This document shows, piece after piece, positions 51,349 through 64,000 of a stretch of 64,000 nt of DNA (within the stretch, counting starts at the first letter, position 1; each line of letters starts with the position of its first letter). The notes under the pieces are model-generated. The model saw only the letters and a program-made list of their open reading frames with translations, did no database searches and was not told the origin of the DNA. Both the position numbers and the translations under genes were made by a program. The stretch lies in NCBI RefSeq assembly GCF_006345805.1, contig NC_043001.1, positions 129,952,001 to 130,016,000 of the forward strand, read 5' to 3'. Source of the DNA: Octopus sinensis (lineage: Eukaryota).

Positions 51349-52360
51349 ACAGTCAATAAATAAAATAAAATACTATAGGCCTCAGTAGACAGGGTGGTGG
51401 GTGCTATAGTTATGTTAAGATGACTAACTGATCCTTGTCTTTTTTGGAAACACTCATTTTGACACATTGTATTATGTACCATAACTTTTGTTTTTTCATT
51501 CTAACTTCTGATAAATGGCAAGTTCGTTTGTCCCACTGCTGATTCCGTTTCCCCATAGCTTCCAGAAAAATGGATGATTTTTTAATGAAATTTTCCACAA
51601 ATACGCTTCAAACGGTGTAGACTCCGACTGTATTGGAATTTATTGTGAAAAAAGAAAAATTCTGTGGATGGGGAGAAGAGTTTCGGAAGATTCACTCGAG
51701 TCGTCTTTCTGAAAAATTGATATTTTTTAATGAAATTTTCTCCAAATATCTTTCAGAATGTTTAAAATATGAATATATCGAAATTTAGAAATGAAAAAGA
51801 AAAAAAAAAATGGTGTGCTCCACATATACATACTGACTGACACTCATCACTTATATCTACAAAGTAAAACTTAAAATCTCGGAAATAGGAAAAATTGTGA
51901 TATGCGTTCTAATGTACGCATGCGTATTGGCCATTTTTCTTTTTACGTCAAATACTGGTATAGTCGTAATTCAATTAGACTGAAAGATATTTGTACAAAA
52001 TTTCGTTTCAAAAATACGTATTTTTCTGAAAGTTGTGGGAAAAACTAAACCGACACGTGCGAATATATCGAAACTCTTCTCCCCACTCTTGGAAAAAAAA
52101 TTTTCACAATCGATTGCAATATAATCGGAAATTGCATCATCTGAAGCTTATGTGTAGAAAATTTCATTAGAAAATATCCATTTTTTTGGTGGGGGAGATT
52201 ATGAGGAAACCAGACCGAAGTGCGTGCTCACTTGGGTAAGTATGTCGGTGGTTATGGCTTTTGGTTGTAGCTCAACTCCGACGAAGCAGACCTAGGTTTA
52301 CACACAGTTTAATAATTAGAAAAATAATGTAAATTGAACAGAAGTGACATCCCTTAGTTT

Positions 52361-53163
52361 TGTAGCGTGGCAGCTTCAGCCACTTTGTTATATGACTATA
52401 GCGATATCTAATATCTTCACTGTGTGAACGGCAAAGCAGAAATAATCTCGTTTGAGCTTACAACCATCTTTGGCCAACTTGTTCTTTTTCTAAACACTAA
52501 CTTGATTGGTTGACGTGTGACACGAGGGTCCCTGCGTAGTTCGCGCCACTGGTGGACATGTGACACGAGGGTCCCTGCGTAGTCCGCGCCACTGGTTGAC
52601 ACGTGACTCGAATTGTCTCGACTTATTTTTGCGCCAATCGCGAATCAACCAATCAAGACCTTCGGTTAAAATTCCATTTTCTGGAGTTCGGTGAGCCAAC
52701 CAAATAGTATAAAAACCAGTTTTCACAGGCATTTTTGTCTTGAGTTCTAGTTCTTCTAAGAACTAACTTAGGCCACCTACTGCTCAACTTAGAGATATGC
52801 GATTGTTTCTGCTTGCTGCTCAACTTAGAGATAAGCGATTGTTTCTGCTACTGCTTGTGCTATACTGATACAAACAACATGAACTGTAAACCGAGTTCCG
52901 TGGTTAATCCTATGGTCAGTACCTTTTATGCCTCACGAACACACAGACACAAAAACCTGCTAACACTTACAAACTTCCAACATCAGCATGATTGTAAAAT
53001 ATGTAAATAAATATTTATCTACCAACAGAAGACTTGTGTCAATTCACTTATGTCCTATTGTCGTTGTATGTATTTTATGGCTTGTAATGATTTCGTTAAG
53101 AGTAGAGCTGCATGCGACCGTATTCCCAGCACGATACGACCGCATGTGATCTTACTTCTTACA
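52361..53163 (+). mobile_element. Solo LTR
   Basis: TG...CA termini, 4-bp TSD GTTT, CCAAT at about 52648, TATAAAA at 52708, AATAAA at 53006. Confidence 0.85.
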
Positions 53164-53399
53164 GTTTCATTAAAAAAACATTAAGAGTACTGGTGAAATT
53201 CTTTGTCTTGTCAATAGTCAATTACTAGTGTAATATCTTCTAGTGATATGTTAAGTATTTCAGAAGTAGCAGGTGAGGTACACCGTTCCAACATCCTATA
53301 AGCCAGCAACAAACACCGGAGGAAGCAATTCGAAGTGTTGCAAATGAAGCATGAGACAATAGAGTTACATGTGAGCAAGGCAATCCTGCAACACTACAG

Positions 53400-53530
53400 A
53401 GAGCACCAACGGGACATGGCTCTTTACTGGTTGTTCTTTCACCGTTGGTATGTCTTCACCTCCTATCCTGAATTTCACTTCTTCTTGCCTTCCTTTCACG
53501 AAATAATCCTCGCACATGCTAGAAACTTGG
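53400..53530 (-). pseudogene. RT fragment of a restriction-endonuclease-type non-LTR element (HERO/NeSL-like)
   Basis: VKGRQEEVKFRIGGEDIPTVKEQPVKS..RW resembles F.IGGE.IPTV.EQPVKSLGRWY seen in HERO-type RTs. Confidence 0.5.
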
Positions 53531-55037
53531 TATAAAAGTGTATTGCTAATCGCCTTATTCGAAAACTGCTGAAGTTGAATAAAAAAAAATGAAATACCTC
53601 AAGAAAAATATTTTTTGTATTTGCCATTGCAAGTTATTGGTAATTATAATTATATTTACAGTTTGTTTGACTTCGACGTCTTCTGTTATATGTACAAACA
53701 TCGAAAGCTTACTATTTTTTCATCGTAAAGGAAAGTAACTAGAGAGAAATTTAGCTATTATTCTTAGCAGGGCAAACTTCCAAGTAAAAATGCTTTCATT
53801 TGAGATAGAGCATTCTGCTCATAAATTCTGTTTTGTCCATGTAATTCCGATGATATAACGGGAGATGGCCCCAATACTTTTCTCTTAAACTACTTTCCTC
53901 TTAACGTCACCATTTTTACCTTGAAGAAAGAGCTTCAAGCGCCGACTGTCTTTTGAAAAGAAAGTTCTATCAAACACATAACGATCATTGGGAGCATTAT
54001 TTTATCTATTCAATCTTCCATCTCAAATTATTCTTATGTCTCAGCAACCTTAATGTAACGACTAGTGTCATCAATATTCGAGCATCCAATCTAAAGATAA
54101 GAAATGTATTTATTTCCTCATTAACCTTAGAACTAATTCTAACCCGAGATAGAACCACTTTAACCTAAAACCGTTGCAACTAATGCAACCTTATGTTTCA
54201 GCGTTACAAAATAATCTAATGTTGCGGATAATTTCCCGGAACTGATATCAGTAGATATGAAGTTCTACATCCGAAATTTTATAAATGGACTTTTTTCTAG
54301 ACGTCTTTAGACATTTTATCATTTTATTACATAATTTCAGACAGCAGAATTCAATGTTTATCATAAGATTGATAAGAGTTTTCCAAACCAATATGGATCA
54401 TTATGAACCTAGATTAAAACGTGATTATTGTTGTTGTTGCTGTTTAGCCCAAGGTCAGGTTTTGTTGAGCAGATTTATCAGGGAAAAACTTCGCGTCAAA
54501 GATAATGCTCCACTTATTTTTGTCTTTTCAGACAAAATGTATATCAGGTGATATTATTCAACATGTCCCTGCCTCTTTTTTTTTAATCTATTAAAGACAG
54601 TCTGGTGGGATTTAAGGGAAAAATGCAGCAGGTATTTCTGACAAATCGAACCACTGCATAGAATAGGGCCCATCGTTGATTTAATGGGTGATTAAAACGA
54701 ATGAATGGTTTAGCCTCAGATAAGTTTCGGTCGAGATTTATCGTTGTTTGGTCCAAGGTCAGACTGGGATGAGCAAAACCATAACCAAAAATAATTTAAC
54801 CGTGACTAACACTTCTTTTAGGCTACAAAGCTAGGGAGCAGTGGCTCCAAAAACAAAATATATTTGAATCTTTAAAAAAAAATCTATGCTATTGCCACAG
54901 TATTTTTGTTATACACAAGCATGACTGATAAAACAATGTGAACAAAATATTTTTTTCTAATTTTATAACTTTAAAACAATAGTTTTGTATTTTTATTAAC
55001 TTCTCAGCTAATTACACCGGTGTTCTTTGTTTTATTG

Positions 55038-55854
55038 TGTAGCGTGGCAGTTTCAGCCATTTTGAAATATGGCTATAGCGATATCTAATATCTTCAATGT
55101 GTGAACGGTAAGGCAGAAATAATCTCGTTTGAGTTTACAACCATCTTTGGGCCAACTTGTTCTTGTTCTAAACACTAACTTGATTGGTTGACAGGTGACA
55201 CGAGTGGTCTCTGCGTGCTTCGCGCCACTGGTTGACATGTGACACGAGGGTCTCTACGTAGTCCGCGCCACTGGTTAACACGTGACGCGAATTGTCTCGA
55301 CTTATTTCGCGCCAAAATCACGAATCAACCAATCAAGACCGGTTAAAATTCCATTTTCTGAAGTTCGGTGAGCCAACCAAACAGTATATAAAGCAGGGTT
55401 CATAGACACTTTGGTCTTCAGAGTTCTTCTAAGAACTAACTTAGGCCACCTGCTGCTCGACTTAGAGATATGCGATTGCCTCTGCTACTACCTGTTGCTA
55501 CGCTAATCTATACAAACACTGAAAGCCTCTCGAGTAGATTCCAGCACCTTGCCCTATGAACAGTAAACTGAATGCCATTGTTAATTCTATGTTCAGTACC
55601 TTTGGGTATGCTTCATGCCACCCGAACACACAGACACAAAACCATACTAACGCTTACCAGCTCCTGATATTGACACAATTGTAAAATATGTAAAACAAAT
55701 AATATTTATCTCCCAACAGCAAGACTTGTCGCCAATTCACTTATGTTCTATTGTTACTGCATGTATTTATGACTCGTAATAATTCGTTAAGAGTAGAACT
55801 GCGTGCGATCGTATTTCCTACACGATACGACCACACGTGATCCTATTTCTTATA
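55038..55854 (+). mobile_element. Solo LTR, same family as 52361-53163
   Basis: TG...TA (CA mutated), 4-bp TSD ATTG (55034-55037, 55855-55858). Confidence 0.85.
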
Positions 55855-58800
55855 ATTGCACAAAGATCAATGCAATATAAATACGAAATAATATTTCTTG
55901 TCCACCGAAAACTTTAACGTATTTTGATAGGGTACATTTTATTGTTGAAAAATCATATTTCGAATACATTTGGGCATACAAAACGTCTTTTCTTTCATTT
56001 TCAAGTAGTGAAAATTAGAATAAAATATAGAAATTGCGAAGTAGGCCTAAATTCAACTTAATCTGCAAAAATGACATCGTGGTTTCTTTTACCAGACATG
56101 TCATTAGTCAAAATTATTTTACGTAAAACTGGTATTTTAAAGATAATTTACTACAGAATGTTGGATTAACATTGATATTTTTTTTCATTATTCTTTTCAT
56201 TGTTCTCTTTTTTATGATAAAATACGAAATTTCATCGAATTAAATGGTTGTTTGTTTCCTAGCAAGTAATTTTTCACTGGTTAAGTTTATATAATAGGGA
56301 TAAAAATTGAAAAAATGCAACGAGAAATAAAAACACAGCAATAATTTAAAACAAGACTGATTTTTCTTTGACAAACATACACAGTTGTCCCCACTAAACA
56401 ACCTTACCTTCTCATAACTTTAAAAAAAAAAATGAATATCTTTTTAAGTAACTGTTCTACAGATACCTCCCAGATAATGTAGGTAACACATAGCGAAATT
56501 TGTAATGTAAAAGTTTTGGGAAGGAGGAAGAGAAGTTTCGGATAAATCAGACAAATCAATTTTGCTTCTAAGGAAAGAGTTTTTGCCTTCCCTAAATGCT
56601 TTAGAAACATAACGTAATCTGAACAGTATTTCAGAAAATTAATACCGTTCTCTTTGAGCATGCAAAAAACACATTTAGACATAATTTTTTTCTTTAAACT
56701 TGAAAATTAGCAAATCAGACATTAGTGTAGGAGAAACTGACTTGGAATCCAACAAAGAAAATAATATTGATTGTTAAACACCAAAAATTATCCAGATATT
56801 TTATTAGCGACATCGATTACAAACGGGTTGAATTTTGGGGAAAATTTCTTGAAAAAAAAATGTACCTGTAACATGACTATGTTTTATACTCTCTCAACTT
56901 CAACAACAACTATGCTGACCAATTTTTATTCTTAAATATAATGTAGTAATATGAAAGGATGATGCTATACTTGCCATGTAATGATTTCTAACAATTAGGG
57001 AGAAAATAAAGAGAAATCAGAGATTACTCATTTTACCCCAGTCACTAATTTTGTCGAATTAGAAATTTGTGGTGGAAAAACTTTTGGAAGAAGGGAGAGG
57101 AGTTTTGGATAACTCATACAAGTCAACTTTGCATTTTCATAAATAAGTATTCCTGTATAAAATCTGCTAATACCTTCAGATGGTTCGATTACATTTATAT
57201 TGGAATTTAATGTAAACAAGGAATAACAACGAAAGAAAAAAAAAAGAATTGGAGGGGCGATGCATACCCTACGCACAGATAATTTTTTTCACAAATTAGT
57301 GTGACTTACAATACGTTGCTCACCCATGCTTTTTTAAATCGATGTCAACGCCAAACGCATATGATTAAATTTTGCATATGACTAAATAAATGATTATTCA
57401 AATAATCATCATGATTATGAAAAAGAAAGTGAAGATGAAATACTTATAAGAAATATTGCATAGAATCTGAGAAGTGTTTTCAACGTCTTTCAATGATAGC
57501 ATGTGAATCAAGCGTACTATAGTTCGTTGTAGAATGTAGATATCATCACTTATCTGAAAATGTGTAGGTTCGTTTTTTTTTTAAATTAAAATTAAGTTTT
57601 TCAAGTATCAACACTATAGGTATTTATACTCCAGTGAAATCAAGAAATAACTCATAAATAACCGAAACTCTTGAATCCATCACTGTACACACACACACAG
57701 TTGCATATCTATTTATGTATGTACCCACATGTCTTCGTGCATAGGTACACCATGATCTATACACACGCAAACGAGGGTCGAATCAAATGATATATATATA
57801 TATATATAGTGTACTATTCCGTGATGGTAAAATCAACAAAAAAAGTATTCCATCTGGTGAGAGATAAATAGTATTTAATAGAAATAATACATGTTTTTAT
57901 GTGCTAATAATATATTCTTGTGCTGAGAACATGCTAAAACGAGGCATACGCTGCGTGCACATAAATTCTTACGCAAAAAATCTGCACAGTCAAAACACTT
58001 TGATTCACCCGTCCACTTGTTTAGAAGATAATCAAACCAAATTTTCCACATCTCGAGCCACCTACCCAATGAGTATTTCTACAAAATTTGGTGAAAATCC
58101 GTTCGGTCGTTCTTCAGTAATTATGCAAACACACAGACAAACAAAGACAAGTGACTACAACACCTTGCTTTCGCTTACGCGCGCAGAGTAAACAAAGATG
58201 GTGGGCGGGTACTTAAGCATACTGACACACGGCAATGTTTTCAAACTTCTGCAGATATATGTGTGTTAGAGCAGACCATTTTCTTTTCCACATTAAATTC
58301 TAATATAAGCATGTTCTTTACCATCTGAAAAGTATTTATAGAAAATTTCATTTAAAAATATCCATTTTTCTGGAAGTTGTGAGGGAGGAGGGACACTTAC
58401 ATAGACACACCCATTAGATGTAATTAAACTGGAACAAATTTATTACATTTTTTAGTAGATAATATTTCATTGTAAAATTTTAAATATGCACTACTTTGAA
58501 ATTAATCATTATTCCAATTTTAAAAAATCTGTTTATAAATCTTTATACGAACTGTAAAATGTATTTAAATGTCATTTAAATATACAGAGGGCTTGTAAGG
58601 CTATGCTTACTACTTCTCCACCAGAAGCTAATACTTTTGACAGAATACATTTTATTGTTTAAAAACCATATTTCCGATACATTTGGACGCATGAAACGTC
58701 TTTTCTTTCATTTCCAAGCTGTGAGAATGAAACTAAACTTTAATTCAAAGCAAGACGCAAATATGATACTATCTCTTTTACTAGCAATGTCGTTAGTCAA

Positions 58801-59519
58801 AATGATTTTAAGCAAAACTGATATTTTAAAGATAATTTACTATAGAATGTTAACACTGATATTCTGTTGTACATTTTCCCCCGTTTTTCTTTAACAAAAC
58901 GGTATTAAATTCCATTGAATCACATAAATATTAGCTTATTTTCCAGCAAATAATTCTTCACAATCTTAAGTTCATGCAATAGGGGTAAAAATGAATAAAT
59001 GCGTTAAACAAGACAGTGATTGTGTGTGTGTATATATCATAAAATTTGTACAAAGAATTTAAGAGATAACAAGAAGAAATACCATTTGGAGGACATCGTA
59101 AAATGCAATTGCTGAATCATCTGCTTCTGAGAAGAGAGCTTAGGTGATAAAAAGTGGAATGGCGAATTATGGATCACTGCCGAAACGAAACAAGAATCCT
59201 ATTTTATACTTTGAGGCTCTTAGATATACAGATGTAGACAGAAGTAAATTGAATCTCATTCGTCGCTAATATTATTTTCTGCATTCCATTTGTATTTTTG
59301 GAAGTATTTTTTCATTGATTTTTACCTCTATACTTTTTCCTTCCAACATTTTTTTGTGACAAATAAACTTAGTTATTGTGGTAACCACAAAATATTTCAT
59401 TAAGGATATATATCTATATGTATTCTCACTTCTCTCTATTGCCCCTGGGTTCAACAGGTAAAAAGAAAAAAGTTCAAAAGGCTTTCCACACTTTTTTCTC
59501 TTTTCACACAAAATATTCA

Positions 59520-59899
59520 GTTAATATGTATGTACGTATGTATGTGTGTATGAATGTACACTCACATGCAGTCATATATATATATGGTGTGTGTGTGTGT
59601 GTGTAAAAACATTGTGTATATACATGCACATATATACATATATATACACATGTATGTATATGCATATATAAATATATGCATACATAAAATGTATGTGTGT
59701 ATATAAATACATATATAATGTGTGTGTATATATATATATATATATATAAAATATATGTGTGTGTATAAATATATACATACATGCACATATAAAATGTATG
59801 TATGTATATATAAGTGTGTGTATATATATATATATAATCTAGCAACAAAAACGTAGGCTGAAAACGATAAATAATGATTAAAGGAACTACAAAAAATAA

Positions 59900-59955
<56 letters not shown>

Positions 59956-60296
59956 CATAATAAAAAACATTCACTTTTTATATAATTCTTTTTTTTTTTG
60001 CTTATTTCTTCATTTCATAAAGAAATTACGTGTTCTCTTGTCACTTACATCTTCCAGCTATGGAAATATTGGCTTGTAAATTTGATATTATCATCAAACA
60101 TAAGAGAAATGTTAGAATAGACAAGAGGAAGAAGGAGAAGAAGGAAGAGGTGAAAAGAAGAGGAAAGCTTAACAATTCTTCAACTTAGATGGATTACGAA
60201 TTGCCAAATCATGCGATTAGCTATATACATACATATATATACAACAATATGATGTTATCGACATGTAAGCACACAAGATTACTCAAGAAATAACTC

Positions 60297-60327
<31 letters not shown>

Positions 60328-61063
60328 ATATATATATAATATACATGCATGTGTGTGCGTGTATATATATATATACATATATATAAAAAAATATAACTTT
60401 GATGCAGTATGTGTACATACTGACACATATACACACATATATATATATATATATAAATATGTTCATGCATATATATATCCGTATATATATATATGCTCAT
60501 GTTTATATATATATATATATACATATATATATACACACACACTCCTACCATACATTTATTGTTCTTGTGCATACATGAGTATTTCTGTGTATGTTTGTGT
60601 AAATGCATATATAATAATGATGTCTATGTCAGCATATGGCAATAAAAAATGTAGAAAAAATACAATGATTACAAAGAAATCAAAAGACAGATAGAATATA
60701 CCTGCACGGCATATAAAAATGTTATTTATAACTATATATGTGTATATATGTTTCAGTATGTGTGTGGTGTGGTGTGGTGGGTGCATTTATTATCATATTT
60801 TTCAGTTATGGTTAATATTTGTAAGTGTGAATATGTGTATCCCTTTGATGTGTATGTATAAACCATAGGTATCTGATTTTATGTATGTATGTATTTAGTA
60901 TATATGTGTATATGTATAAATTATATTGACACACACACACATATACATCTATATATTTTATATATATATATATGCATATGTATATTATTATATTGATATA
61001 TATATATATATATATATATTTATGCATATACATATTATATTGATATATATATATAATATATAT

Positions 61064-61094
<31 letters not shown>

Positions 61095-61130
61095 GATACA
61101 CTGACACACACACACATATATATATATATT
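59520..61130. repeat. Cluster of (TA)n/(TG)n/(CA)n microsatellites
   Basis: Directly visible, interspersed with short unique stretches. Confidence 0.9.
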
Positions 61131-61249
61131 ATATACTTGCTAAATCGGAAACCTAAAATAGATCCATAGCTCCCATCTCAGTTACGAGCTTGGAACCTTG
61201 ATAATCTATTACAACACTCACACAGTGTACCAATGTACTTAGATCACCA

Positions 61250-61561
61250 GTGAACACCCTTCCCCACCCTTCATATTCACCAGATATTGTTCCTTCAGAT
61301 TTACACTTATTCAGGTCTCTACGGAATAGTCTTAATGGTAAAAATTTCAATTCCTTGGATGACTTAAAAAGATACCTTGATGAATTCTTTGCCATGAAAC
61401 CACCTCAATTCTGGAAAGAGGGTATTTTCAAGTTAAAGGAAAGATGGAGATGCATTGTGCAACAAAATGGTTCATATTTGGTTGATTAAAAATGTAATGG
61501 CAAATATTTATTGACCTTTTTCGTATTTTGAAAATCGGCACAAACTTTCCGGACAACCCAA
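61250..61561 (+). mobile_element. Mariner transposase C-terminal remnant with right TIR
   Basis: LPHPSYSPDIVPSDLHLFRSL...FFAMKP..FW..GI.KL.ERW...GSY matches the mariner YSPDLAPSD motif. Ends cacaaactttccggacaacccaa|TA. Confidence 0.9.
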
Positions 61562-61589
61562 TATATATATATAGGGTGTAGAATTCTAA

Positions 61590-61900
61590 ACTGGAGCTGC
61601 ACATGGGGCATTTGGGAAGTTAAGAAAACATATCTTCAACAACAAAGATCTTAACAACGAAAATTATGGGTTAGAAATCAACACTGAAAGCCACTGGAAT
61701 TGAGCCTAAATCATCTGAAACAAGCCCAACACTCTCTTGGAATCAAAAACTTTGAGGCCACCAGAAGAAAAAAGGAAGAAATTGAATGAGAGGAGAGAAA
61801 GGCTCAACAAAATCAACATCGTCCTCCACCAACTACCATGCAGTCAATGCCACTGACTTTCTATCAACGTTGTCACAATTAAGGAAGCACTCAGCAAGAA
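61590..61900 (+). pseudogene. RTE (BovB-like) ORF remnant with internal deletion
   Basis: AAHGAFGKLRKHIFNNKDL followed by TLKATGIEPKSSET...FEATRRKK...RKAQQ. Confidence 0.55.
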
Positions 61901-62329
61901 AAAAGCAATTTCTTGGACCTAGATAAAGTTGTTAACACCATGATTTAATTTATAATATATTAGATATATATATTATAATAGATATAAGATATATATATAT
62001 ATATATATATATTGATAGATAGAAGAAGATAGATAATAATCCTTTAAGATCCATAAGTCAAAATAATGTACTTGAATATTTGTTGAATGGATTATTATGA
62101 AATGTTCATATTATGTATCAATTACAACACTGATCTTAACAATCAGCTTTGAACTGGTATCAAACCAGATGTTAGATAACTGCATGGTTGCATAATATGG
62201 CATGCTCGTCAGAGCTAGCAGGTATAGAAAAAGGAGCAGTTGCTGTTTTTATTTTTCTTACTTCTGCTAGCTCTGATAAGCACGTGGTACTCTCGAGAGA
62301 GAAGGAGAAAGAAGGACAGAGAGAGCGCA

Positions 62330-62460
62330 GATGGGTTGTATGGCAATGATCCTCATGGAAACTTCTTAAAGCTTTCTTGCCAGTGACTGGTTGCCCTGAA
62401 TGCTCATTATCTTGAACTGACACTTGATCTGTTTTCAAAGGTGTGTGCTGCTCAAAACCC
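62330..62460 (-). pseudogene. Mariner transposase N-terminal remnant
   Basis: KTDQVSVQDNEHSGQPVT...HEDH resembles F..G..S.ED..RSGRP...ED.R. Confidence 0.5.
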
Positions 62461-62536
62461 AGTCTTCAACATGACAAAATTGCTCACCAAAACCTATGAT
62501 AAAAATTTCTGAATGTTGAAAATCAAGATAACAAAC

Positions 62537-62998
62537 ATAGGCGCAGGAGTGCTGTGTGGTAAGTAGCTTGCTAACCAACCACATGGTTCCGGTTCAAACC
62601 ACTGCATGGCATCTTGGGCAAGGGACTTCTGCTGTAGCCCAGGGCCGACCAATGCCTTGTGAGTGGATTGGTAGATGGAAACTGAAAGAAGCCCGTCGTA
62701 TATACGTATATATATATATATTATATATATTATATATATATATATATTATATATATTATATATATATATATATATATGCGTGTGTGTGTTTGTGTGTCTG
62801 TGTCCCCCTAGCATTGCTTGACAACCGATGCTGGTGTGTTTACGTCCCGTCACTTAGGCGGTTCGGCAAAAGAGACCGATAAATAAGTACTGGGCTTACA
62901 AAGAATAAGTCCCGGGGTTGAGTTGCTCGACTAAAGGCGGTGGTTCCAGCATGGCCGCAGTCCAAATGACTGAAACAAGTAAAAGAGTAAAAGAGAGA
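62537..62998 (+). mobile_element. Family A SINE
   Basis: Full head to tail. Confidence 0.92.
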
Positions 62999-63204
62999 GT
63001 AACTCGCTGAGGTTCATGTTTCTTGAATTGGTCAGCAATCATTGAAATTTCAGAACCATTCTTACATAAGGCCAACAAGTTTTTGTTGGTCCTATCACAG
63101 CAAAATTTGAATTCAGAATATAAAGATGGTCAAAATACAGCTAAACATTTTGCCTCATGTGCTAATGATTCTGCCAGCTTGCTGCCTTTAATAATAATAT
63201 TCTG

Positions 63205-63424
63205 GCCGTTTGCCAGCCTCGTCTGGCACCTGTGCGGGTGGCACGCAAAAAGCACCCACTACACTCGCGGAGTGGTTGGCGTTAGGAAGGGCATCCAGCT
63301 GTAGGAACACTGCCAGATCAGACTGGGCCTGGCACAGCCTTCTGGCTTTACAGACCCCAGCTGAACCGTCCAACCCATGCTAGCATGGAAAACGGACGTT
63401 AAACGATGATGATGATGATGATGA
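63205..63424 (+). mobile_element. RTE-type 3' end (family C)
   Basis: ggttggcgttaggaagggcatccagctgtag...ggacgttaaacg(atg)n. Confidence 0.88.
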
Positions 63425-63916
63425 TTACAAAGAGTTCATGGAAACTGAACACATGTAGATAAAATAAAGCTTATTAATAGACTGGCTCAGTTAACTGGCT
63501 ACCAATGGAAGTTAGCAGGATAGAAATTTCTTTGCAACCATAAGATTCCAGGTTCATTCCCTCCACATTTCACTTTGAGCAAATGCTATTTTTCAGCAGC
63601 CTCAGGTCAATCCATGCATTGCGAGAGAAACTGGGTAGTTGAAATCTGTATAAAAGCTCATGAAGTAGATTGTGCTTGTAATTCAAAAGGTACAGCCTTG
63701 TCACATGCTGTGTCTGGCTGGTTCTCTATGAGAGAATTATATTGAGGGTATGTATTTGGAATGCTCAGTATATTATTCATTTTATCAAACAACTGAATCC
63801 TCTTCATTCAATGATGGAAATCCATCTCTACATCAATGTGTGTGTTGTGTGTGCGTATATAAATATATATGTACATGCAAGCATTCAATATTCAGGTATA
63901 AATATGTGTTTGTGTA

Positions 63917-63948
<32 letters not shown>

Positions 63949-64000
63949 CATCTATCTATCTAACTATCTATCTATCTATATATATATATATATATATATA

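Noticed and set aside
52361-55854. Full-length LTR retrotransposon bounded by two LTRs
   Set aside because: Each LTR has its own TSD, and the interval lacks PBS, PPT and gag-pol.
59083-59176. Minus-strand exon candidate IHNSPFHFLSPKLSSQKQMIQQLHFTMSSK
   Set aside because: Alternative acceptors give other open frames and no homology is recognised, so it is left unsupported.

Overview
AT-rich eukaryotic nuclear DNA, almost certainly animal. The SINE set, microsatellite load and RTE/Penelope content look like an octopus or other coleoid cephalopod (inference from recognition, no database search). No intact protein-coding gene or genuine tRNA gene can be supported, and every long ORF in the track is either a microsatellite artefact or a transposon fragment. 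The window is a mosaic of tRNA-derived SINEs (labelled here families A, B, D, E), 3' fragments of RTE, CR1/L2-group, Dong/R4 and probably HERO non-LTR elements, Penelope-like (PLE) fragments with hammerhead-ribozyme motifs and fold-back ends, piggyBac-type MITEs, non-autonomous Helitrons, a mariner remnant and two independent solo LTRs. The most notable observations are: (1) three different PLE families with minimal hammerhead folds, one well formed and paired with a mirror copy inside a long hairpin; (2) a tRNA-like Pol III cassette between a PLE GIY-YIG stop codon and its hammerhead; (3) visible SINE module swapping, including a SINE/LINE shared tail whose hairpin is kept through a different sequence; (4) a switch near 51.5 kb from CpG-depleted, SINE-rich DNA to CpG-retaining, SINE-poor DNA. 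Family letters are my own labels. Coordinates were counted by hand, and the ends of degraded elements are approximate.
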